18,219 nt of DNA from Nitrososphaerales archaeon TH1920 (GTDB lineage: Archaea; Thermoproteota; Nitrososphaeria; Nitrososphaerales; Nitrososphaeraceae), in the NCBI GenBank assembly GCA_014523495.1, contig JAATVM010000116.1, forward strand, positions 1 through 18,219, in the 5' to 3' direction. Position 1 is the first letter of the stretch. Each line of letters starts with the position of its first letter. Shown here in pieces: positions 1 through 7,122 of this stretch. The position numbers and the translations under genes are program-made. The notes under the pieces are model-generated. The model saw only the letters and a list, made by a program, of their open reading frames with translations, was not told the origin of the DNA and did no database searches.

Positions 1-1134
1 AAGGAGTGGATTGTATTGGATCATAAAAAAATTTCTTTTGCCGAAATAGCCACTGATGATAATAATAATATTCTAAATCCGTGGAAATATGATATCGATG
101 GTGAAAAGGAAATTTCTTCGGGCGGCATTTCTTATCTTTTAGCAAAAAATCTGGATAAAAAATTTACAGACCTGTCTCCACTTGCAATTGTTTCAGCATT
201 GGGAGAATATCAGGATATCGGTGACAAAAGATCCCTTGTTGGTCTCAATAATAAGATATTGGAAGATTCAAAAAAAAATGGATTGATACAATCAGATATT
301 GATCTTTTGTTATCCAATAGTGAATCCTTACCCATTCATGAATCAATTGCCAATACCTTTATTCCTTATCTAGATGGACTAACATCTAACAGCAATAATT
401 GTCTTGAGCTCTTAAGGAACACGAACATTAAGTTGAAAAAAGACGGAAGGTGGAAGACGATTGCTGATATCAATCAAGAAGAAAAATTTCTTATAATTGA
501 ATCTATTAAAAATTACCTTAGTTCTAAGATTAACAGTAACATTGAAAACTTAGAAAACATTATCATAGGTTATACCTATGTTCTTCCACCCGAAGAATAT
601 GGCAGTCAGCTATATGATGCTCGCAGATTTTCAGAATTGTTGAATTCTTGTGCAATCAGTATGAAATCAGGATTGGGCATGAGCATTTGTCTTGGTGAAA
701 GATCAGACTCTCTCGAGGAGGCTGAGAAGGACGTAGAAGAATTCAAGAATAGCTCGCAAAAATTAATTTCAAAAATCCTAAAAGAAAAATGGAGAATCTC
801 TGCTAAGGGCCTATACGTGTTCATTAACGCAGATGGGATAATTGAACCAGATTATGTTGGTTACTTATTTCGTCTATTGACATCTCATTATCAATTTATG
901 AATAATGTAATAATCATGAAAATAGCAATTGATGAAAATTATTCCAAATACTTTCTCAGCTTTGGTTATAATCGACATATCGATGCCGATCAGATGATAA
1001 ATGAATTATCAAAGACAATTGATGGAATGACAGCCACATTTGGCAATACCGAAGTACAGATTATTATCCCTACGACACAAGAGGATTCATTGATGTCTAT
1101 TATTTTGAAACTCATCAAGAAGACTTCGAAATGA
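1..1134 (+). CDS. RecJ/Cdc45-like DHH-family protein, C-terminal portion (5' end probably off-window)
   Basis: Frame 1 is open from base 1, with no stop before the TTG at 16 used by the ORF track, so the gene probably starts upstream. 'SGGISYLLAKNL' and 'LAIVSALGEYQDIGDKRSLVGLNNKIL' resemble the segment that follows the DHH domain in RecJ-like proteins. The C-terminal alpha/beta region resembles DHHA1, but the GGH motif position reads FGN (1039-1047). The stop overlaps the next gene's start (ATGA). Confidence 0.55.
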   Translation, partial: KEWIVLDHKKISFAEIATDDNNNILNPWKYDIDGEKEISSGGISYLLAKNLDKKFTDLSPLAIVSALGEYQDIGDKRSLVGLNNKILEDSKKNGLIQSDIDLLLSNSESLPIHESIANTFIPYLDGLTSNSNNCLELLRNTNIKLKKDGRWKTIADINQEEKFLIIESIKNYLSSKINSNIENLENIIIGYTYVLPPEEYGSQLYDARRFSELLNSCAISMKSGLGMSICLGERSDSLEEAEKDVEEFKNSSQKLISKILKEKWRISAKGLYVFINADGIIEPDYVGYLFRLLTSHYQFMNNVIIMKIAIDENYSKYFLSFGYNRHIDADQMINELSKTIDGMTATFGNTEVQIIIPTTQEDSLMSIILKLIKKTSK

Positions 1135-1385
1135 TGGAAGGATTTAATATCAAGACTAGCATGAAAATACAATTTGATAGTAAGAAGGAATTAGATACTA
1201 TGATTAAAGTATTAACACCAGATAATGTTTGCATTCCTGAAGGATTAAAGATTGATATTAAAGCTGAAAAGAAATATTTGGTTATTGATATTTTTTGTAA
1301 TAAAGGGACAGGAACGTTCCTCAATACAATAGATGAAATACTAGAGCATATATCGTTATCAAGGACAGTGACAGCTAATGATTGA
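1131..1385 (+). CDS. pcc1: KEOPS complex subunit Pcc1-like protein (84 aa)
   Basis: Size and pattern fit archaeal Pcc1: N-terminal strand 'MKIQFDSKKELDTMIKVLTPD' and C-terminal 'YLVIDIFCNKGTGTFLNTIDEILEHISL' (strand followed by helix). The ATG overlaps the upstream stop by 4 nt (ATGA), and the stop overlaps the serS start by 8 nt, indicating translational coupling. Confidence 0.65.
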   Translation: MMEGFNIKTSMKIQFDSKKELDTMIKVLTPDNVCIPEGLKIDIKAEKKYLVIDIFCNKGTGTFLNTIDEILEHISLSRTVTAND

Positions 1386-2649
1386 TCCAAAGATTCTCAA
1401 AGATAACCCTCAACTCTTAAAAGACATGCTAAGAAGAAGAAAAGTTGAATATCCTGTTTCAGAACTATTGGATTTGGACAAGAAAAGACGGGAACTAATA
1501 ATGGAAATACAGAATTTAAGACATAGAAAAAATACTTTATCCCAAAGTATCGCGACCAAGAAAAAGAATCAAGAAAGTGCTGATAAAGAACTCGATGAAA
1601 TGAAAAAAGTTGGTGAGTCGATGCAGAGTGTGGAAAATAAGAAGGTCATAGTAGAAAAGAGATACTCAGATTTGATTTACTCGATTCCCAATGTCCTACA
1701 CAAGTCAGTACCAATTGGAGATAGCGAAGAAGATAACATAGTTATTAGAATACATGATGACTACCTTAAATCTGGATCCATGATAGACCACGTTGATCTG
1801 GCCAATTCACTTGGATTGATTGATTTAGAAAGAGCAGCAAAAATAGCCGGATCAAGATTTTATTTCTTAAAAAATGAACTTGTTAAATTGAATCAAGCTT
1901 TGATAAATTATGCATTGGACTTTCTTGTCGAATATGGTTATCAGTTAATTCAACCTCCGTTTATGTTAAAGAAGGATGCTATTAAGGGATCTATTATCAT
2001 GGACGATTTTGAAGATGTAATTTATAAAATCGAAAATGAAGATCTATATATGATTGGTACATCGGAGCATGCGATGGCTTCAATGCATATGGATGAAATT
2101 TTGGACTCACGGAAATTGCCGTTGAGATACGCAAGTATCAGTTCCTGCTTTAGAAAGGAAGCCGGAGCACATGGTAAAGACATGAAGGGAATTTTCAGAG
2201 TTCATCAATTCGAAAAAGTGGAACAATTTGTGATTTCAGATGCCCAAAATTCCTTTAATGAACACGAAAGAATGTTAAATATCTCGGAACGATTTTATCA
2301 AAATTTGGAAATCCCATTTCGGGTTGTGCTACTATGTAGTGCCGATACAGGCAAGGTATCTTCAAAGACTTATGATATAGAAGCATGGATGCCAGGACAA
2401 AATAAGTATAGAGAAATAGGTTCATGTTCTAATTGTGTTGATTTTCAGTCAAGAAGATTGAGTATACGTCATAGAGAAAAAATCAATGAGGATACACAGC
2501 TGGTACATACTTTGAACAGTACTCTTGTGGCCACGGAGCGCACGATGGTTGCAATACTTGAAAATTATCAAACAAATAATCAAACAGTAATAGTACCAAA
2601 TGTATTAAGAAAATACATGGGTGACATAAAGGAAATTAAAATAAAATAA
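1378..2649 (+). CDS. serS: Seryl-tRNA synthetase (class II)
   Basis: 423 aa. The N-terminal region is a Lys/Glu-rich coiled-coil arm. The class II core includes 'FRKEAGAHGKDMKGIFRVHQFEKVEQF' (motif 2 region) and 'NSTLVATERTMVAILENYQ' (motif 3 region). Length and order are typical of bacterial/archaeal-type SerRS. Confidence 0.95.
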   Translation: MIDPKILKDNPQLLKDMLRRRKVEYPVSELLDLDKKRRELIMEIQNLRHRKNTLSQSIATKKKNQESADKELDEMKKVGESMQSVENKKVIVEKRYSDLIYSIPNVLHKSVPIGDSEEDNIVIRIHDDYLKSGSMIDHVDLANSLGLIDLERAAKIAGSRFYFLKNELVKLNQALINYALDFLVEYGYQLIQPPFMLKKDAIKGSIIMDDFEDVIYKIENEDLYMIGTSEHAMASMHMDEILDSRKLPLRYASISSCFRKEAGAHGKDMKGIFRVHQFEKVEQFVISDAQNSFNEHERMLNISERFYQNLEIPFRVVLLCSADTGKVSSKTYDIEAWMPGQNKYREIGSCSNCVDFQSRRLSIRHREKINEDTQLVHTLNSTLVATERTMVAILENYQTNNQTVIVPNVLRKYMGDIKEIKIK

Positions 2650-2778
2650 GGTACCCATGCTAGTTAGTAGATTTTGCATAATCAAAATAAGAAAATGATG
2701 ATTGGCTATAGAGTAAATTAATTTCACGTATTAAGTCATTATTCATTTCATTGTTCATTATTTTTTTCGTTTATATTT

Positions 2779-3663
2779 TTAAAACCTGCGTAAAACTTTT
2801 GGTTTTAACAATTCAGGATGTTGTTTTAATCTTCTTATTAATAAAATCATTTTTTCCTTGTCTTCGGGCAAATTGCCACCAACCGAATATACATTCGATG
2901 CATGATTAGCCCTAAAGACAATAGATGAAGCAGGTGTGATGCCATTTACCAATATTTCAAGTTCATCAAGTATTGAAGAATCATCTAAATGCTCAAATGG
3001 TTCTCCAAATTTTTGCATAAACTCATCGTAAACCCCATCTTCAAGAATTAGCGTCAAGGCGGCTAGAAAGTTTGGTGAAACTTCACTTACCACTCTAGCT
3101 GTTTCTTTCATATGTTCTACTGAATATTTTTTTCCACCTATTCCCAGGATAATCATACAGGAGATGATAAACCCACTTTTTTTTGCTCTATTGCACCCTT
3201 CAATAATGCTCTTTGATGTGGCTCCTTTTGTTATTTTTTTGAGCAAAACATCATGTCCTGTTTCTATTCCCACGTACAGCATATTTAGTCCCTCTCTGTT
3301 GAGTAAAGTCAGTTCATCAGAACTCTTTTGAAGGAGATTTTTTGGCATTGCATAACATGAAATTCTCTTTAAATTTGGAAATTTTTCTTTAACATACATT
3401 AATATCTGAATCAATCTTTCTGTTGAAAGGTTTAATGCGTCACCATCTGCCAGAAATACCTTATCAGTTTGAGGATATGATTTTGAAATAATATCAACTT
3501 CAGTCTTAATTTCCTCCCATGGTCTCTCGGAGTATTCTTTTGTTCTATACATATTACAAAATGAACACTTGTTAAAAGAGCATCCCAAAGTAACCTGAAA
3601 AATAGCAGAATTAGCTTCTGAAGGCGGTCTGTATAGTGGATAATCGTATCCAACTTCAATCAT
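2779..3663 (-). CDS. Radical SAM domain protein, function unknown
   Basis: 294 aa with an ATG start. The N-terminal motif 'YRPPSEANSAIFQVTLGCSFNKCSFCNMY' contains a Cys triad (C28, C33, C36) followed by an aromatic residue. 'GDALN' and 'LYVGIETG' match the SAM-binding/TIM-barrel elements of the superfamily. Confidence 0.85.
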   Translation of the reverse strand: MIEVGYDYPLYRPPSEANSAIFQVTLGCSFNKCSFCNMYRTKEYSERPWEEIKTEVDIISKSYPQTDKVFLADGDALNLSTERLIQILMYVKEKFPNLKRISCYAMPKNLLQKSSDELTLLNREGLNMLYVGIETGHDVLLKKITKGATSKSIIEGCNRAKKSGFIISCMIILGIGGKKYSVEHMKETARVVSEVSPNFLAALTLILEDGVYDEFMQKFGEPFEHLDDSSILDELEILVNGITPASSIVFRANHASNVYSVGGNLPEDKEKMILLIRRLKQHPELLKPKVLRRF

Positions 3664-3910
3664 TATGATTATTAGTATTCTTATGCAATTTAACTTGTGT
3701 GGAAAAGTCTTAAACTCTTCTGGTCAAATCAAAGGCTGCATCAATATTTTTAGTTCAACACAATCAAAAATCACAATGTAATGTACTAATACGAAATTCG
3801 AAATTCCATAGAATGATCCTATTCAAAGATATCCATTAAATGCTAATCTAGTTTGTAAAGATTAAATTTATTATTATGTAGGATATACAAATGATATCTA
3901 TAATTATGAA

Positions 3911-5665
3911 ATGAAAAATATTGAAATTGTTAGAATATTTCGAGAAATCTCATATCTTATCCAAATAGCAGAAAATGATCCTAACACCATCTTCAAGGTT
4001 AGAGCATATGAAAAGGCTGCGGACGTGATTGAAAATTTGTCTATGGATCTTGAAGAAATATATCTTGAAAATGGGATTGCTGGTCTTCGAAAAATACCAT
4101 CAGTTGGCAGCGCTATTTCCTTAAAGATAGAGGAATTTATTAAATTACATAAAATCGCTTATCATGAAGAATTAAAGAAGAAAATACCTATCAAGATATC
4201 TGAATTTTCAAATATGAGAGGAATAGGTCCCAAGACAATAAAGACACTTTATGAGAAATTGAAAATCACCACTGTATCTGAATTAGAAAAAGCAGCACTA
4301 GAAGGTAGAATTGCAAAGTTAAAGGGTTTTTCCAAGATGAAAGAAAGTAATATTTTGAAGACGATCCAATTATCAAAAAAAAATAAAAGTAGACACCTTC
4401 TAGGGGATATTTATCCCCTCATAAAAAAAATAGAAAGCAGATTGACTGAAGAAGAGAGTGTCATTAATTGTGCTACTGTAGGGTCTTTCAGGAGGATGAA
4501 AGAAACTATCGGGGATATTGATATATTGGTCTCTACAGAAGAACCAGAAAAAGTGGTTAACTTTTTTGTCAATATGCCTGAAGTTGAAGAAATTAGGGGA
4601 AGAGGCAGGACAAAAGCATTTGTTGAACTTAGAAATGGTATAGGTGTTGATTTATTAGTGGTTCCTGAAGAAAGTTTCGGATCTGCTTCACAATATTTTA
4701 CTGGAAACAAGGACCACAATATTTCGCTGCGCAATTTGGCAATTTCAAAAGGTTTTCATCTTAATGAATGGGGACTCTTCACCAAGAAAAAGAAAAAAGT
4801 TGCTGGAATCAATGAAAAAGAAATTTATGAACTTCTCGACCTACAATATATTCCCCCTGAACTAAGGGAAGATTGTGGTGAAATTGAGTTTTTCTCTAAA
4901 AAAAAGAAAGGGAATCTAGCTTTAGTAGAATATGGTGATTTGAAAGGTGACTTACACACACATAGCGATAGTACCGATGGCACAATGTCAATAAAAGATA
5001 TGGCTCTACAAGCAAGAAAAAAATTCGGATTGGACTATATAGCAATTACTGATCATACAAGAAGCCTTCGCTTAGCAAATGGTCTGAATGAGAATCAACT
5101 GTTAGCCCAAATCAATAAAATACAAGAATTAAATGATGCTTTTAAAGAATATTCAACTGATACTAGGTTTAGGATTTTAAGTTCTGCGGAAGTCAACATT
5201 CTTAGAGATGGTACGCTGGATATCCCCAATAATATATTGGATAAGCTGGATATTGTAGGAGCTGCAATTCACTCAAATTTTTCGTTGTCCAAGGATATTC
5301 AAACTGAGAGACTTGTCAAAGCAGCAAAAAACCCAAGTGTAGATTTACTGTGCCATCCCACAGGCAGGATAATAAACAAAAGAGAAGGCTATTCTGTCGA
5401 TATAGAAAAAATAATTGATATTGCTCATGAAACTAGAACCGTTTTGGAAATCAATTCCAATTATCACAGATTGGATTTAAAAGATGAGCATATACGGTTG
5501 GCAGTACAAAATGGTACAAAACTAGCCATAAATTCTGACGCCCATCATCCTGTCCATTTTGCTTATCTTCTATTTGGCATAGGTCAGGCAAGAAGAGGAT
5601 GGGCAAAAAAAACAGATGTTATCAATACGTTAGAAGTTGATTCACTGCTGAAAGAATTAAAGTAA
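3911..5665 (+). CDS. polX: Family X DNA polymerase with C-terminal PHP domain
   Basis: 584 aa. It has a helix-hairpin-helix element ('GIGPKTIKTLY') and a Pol-beta-type nucleotidyltransferase motif, 'GSFRRMKETIGDIDILV' (D202, D204) plus 'GVDLLVV' (D247). The PHP metal-ligand motifs 'DLHTHSDSTDG', 'ITDH' and 'NSDAHH' are present. Confidence 0.9.
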   Translation: MKNIEIVRIFREISYLIQIAENDPNTIFKVRAYEKAADVIENLSMDLEEIYLENGIAGLRKIPSVGSAISLKIEEFIKLHKIAYHEELKKKIPIKISEFSNMRGIGPKTIKTLYEKLKITTVSELEKAALEGRIAKLKGFSKMKESNILKTIQLSKKNKSRHLLGDIYPLIKKIESRLTEEESVINCATVGSFRRMKETIGDIDILVSTEEPEKVVNFFVNMPEVEEIRGRGRTKAFVELRNGIGVDLLVVPEESFGSASQYFTGNKDHNISLRNLAISKGFHLNEWGLFTKKKKKVAGINEKEIYELLDLQYIPPELREDCGEIEFFSKKKKGNLALVEYGDLKGDLHTHSDSTDGTMSIKDMALQARKKFGLDYIAITDHTRSLRLANGLNENQLLAQINKIQELNDAFKEYSTDTRFRILSSAEVNILRDGTLDIPNNILDKLDIVGAAIHSNFSLSKDIQTERLVKAAKNPSVDLLCHPTGRIINKREGYSVDIEKIIDIAHETRTVLEINSNYHRLDLKDEHIRLAVQNGTKLAINSDAHHPVHFAYLLFGIGQARRGWAKKTDVINTLEVDSLLKELK

Positions 5666-5896
5666 TATATCTGATTAATTATATAACATGAAATTAAGTA
5701 AAACAAATAAATTCAAATTATAGTCTGAGTCAAAGTATCCTTCATAGTAATCATAAATTCTTCCAATTTCTTGAGTGTTTCGTGATGTAGATGATGTTAG
5801 AAATGTTAATAAATGTTTCTCCAGTCTAACATTAATAGATACATATAACATTTGAATTTGTGGCATCGAATTTAACGTAGCCATTAATTTTATTGA

Positions 5897-6316
5897 CTAT
5901 TTTTCAACCACTTTTGAGATTCTGTCCAATGCATCATTCGTTCCTTCCAGAATATGTTTTTTAACCATCTTTGAAAAAATGCCCATGAAACCCGAAATTC
6001 TAATATCCCATTCTACGTCTACTACACTTGCTTGGTCTCCTTCTGGGTTAATGACAACTACCTTTTTACCCTTTATTGGCCCGTCAGTAATGTTTGTTGT
6101 GATAGATTTCATTGGATCAATTGTGACTGTCTCTCTGCATATTGAATTCTTGAAAGCAATGACAACTTCTCTTTCAACCACTTTATCTGATTTACTTATG
6201 TTTTTAATCGATTTAGTACCATGCCAAAATTCTATTTCTCTATCAAGATCTGATAAAATTTTCCAAACCTCAGAAACAGAAGCATTCATCTTCTTTGATG
6301 TATGAAAATTAACCAT
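5897..6316 (-). CDS. SRPBCC (START/Bet v1-like) superfamily protein
   Basis: 139 aa with an ATG start. The pattern 'ASVSEVWKILSDLDREIEFW...G...', the central beta-rich region and the C-terminal helix 'KHILEGTNDALDRISKVVEK' are typical of polyketide cyclase/dehydrase-like SRPBCC proteins. This is a family-level call only. Confidence 0.6.
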   Translation of the reverse strand: MVNFHTSKKMNASVSEVWKILSDLDREIEFWHGTKSIKNISKSDKVVEREVVIAFKNSICRETVTIDPMKSITTNITDGPIKGKKVVVINPEGDQASVVDVEWDIRISGFMGIFSKMVKKHILEGTNDALDRISKVVEK

Positions 6317-6432
6317 ACTCTAATAGAAATCCATTCCAATATATGAATTTCACAATACGAAACATAAATAACGATAGATTAGTGCATCTGTAGATACTCT
6401 TTGGATTGAATTGTTATCGTGATAATAAGAAA

Positions 6433-6834
6433 TTATTTTCTGCCTCTTTTGTAAATATTTATCTGTTTTTTAACCTCTGAACGCAAATCTCTTAACTTTA
6501 TCGGTTTTTGAAGGAAACCATTTATTATTTCATTTTTGACATATTCTTCAAACACAACATCGTCCACTTCAAATGCGGTCATAAGTAACGTTCTTACTAA
6601 GGGATTCACCTTTTTCATCTTATTAATTAATTCTACTCCATTAAGACCAGGCATTTTTAAGTCTGATATTATCAGAACATACGCGTTTTTGTAAATTGTA
6701 AAATGTTCAAATGCCACTACAGTATCCGTAAACGTGAATATTGACACTCCCCTGATTTTGCTAAGTGCGTCCCGGAAGAGGTTAACAATGTCCGACTCAT
6801 CGTCTATTATGGCGACTAGCCAATTCTTAACCAC
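6433..6834 (-). CDS. Stand-alone response regulator receiver (CheY-like REC) protein
   Basis: 133 aa. All REC signature residues are present: D11-D12 ('IIDDE'), phospho-acceptor D58 ('IISDLKMPG'), T86 ('LLMTAF') and K110 ('LQKPI'). The start is GTG, the first start codon after an in-frame TAA two codons upstream. There is no output domain and no histidine kinase in the window. Confidence 0.85.
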   Translation of the reverse strand: MVKNWLVAIIDDESDIVNLFRDALSKIRGVSIFTFTDTVVAFEHFTIYKNAYVLIISDLKMPGLNGVELINKMKKVNPLVRTLLMTAFEVDDVVFEEYVKNEIINGFLQKPIKLRDLRSEVKKQINIYKRGRK

Positions 6835-7122
6835 TAAAAATTAACAACCTTCTATCAATCCCTTGATACCTGAAACTTAATACCTATTATATCGAAATAC
6901 CTCTTAATAAATAATAAAAACCAAGTGAGGTATGTCACCGCTACCCTTTAAAAGGAACAAAAAGCGATACTTAAAAACCTTAACTTGTCTTAAGTCGAGT
7001 ATTTAAGAATAGAATAAAGCTCCGTAAATGAGGGTATAAATAAAGGATATAAATGGATCGTAACAAAAGACGATTCACGATCGGAAATTTTAAAATTTAA
7101 CTTATTGCACTAATATCAAGAA

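Noticed and set aside
1115-1390. 91-aa minus-strand ORF covering the pcc1 locus
   Set aside because: It is antisense to an ORF with a Pcc1-like pattern that is translationally coupled on both sides (ATGA overlap and 8-nt overlap). The minus-strand product is low-complexity (Ser/Ile/Leu rich) with no motif.
3792-3805. Tandem 7-mer 'CGAAATT' x2, plus a nearby 5-bp inverted repeat (GATAT/ATATC, ~3882-3898), in the radical-SAM/polX divergent promoter region
   Set aside because: They are too short and too AT-rich to distinguish from chance. No further copies were found elsewhere in the window.
4375-4905. A8-A9 homopolymer runs inside polX as possible frameshift or phase-variation sites
   Set aside because: The reading frame is continuous through all of them and encodes Lys-rich linkers. 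Such runs are expected in AT-rich genomes.
5675-5884. 69-aa minus-strand ORF filling the gap between polX and the SRPBCC gene
   Set aside because: A 70-codon open frame is statistically somewhat unexpected in AT-rich non-coding DNA, so I considered calling it. However, only ~17% of its codons start with G (genuine genes here run near 30%). It has no motif, and it would leave no room for the two convergent terminators. It is left uncalled; Ribo-seq could revive it.
7028-7085. Second C/D-like arrangement (AUGAGGG ... 47 nt ... CGGA, 58 nt total) in the spacer between the response regulator and the helicase; a third 'ATGAGGG' lies near 15603
   Set aside because: The overall length is attractive. 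However, there are no internal D'/C' boxes at the right spacing. The D-like box is CGGA, giving a G.G clash at the 3b.3n position. No terminal stem can form. The third site has no downstream D-like box at all. These are probably chance matches.
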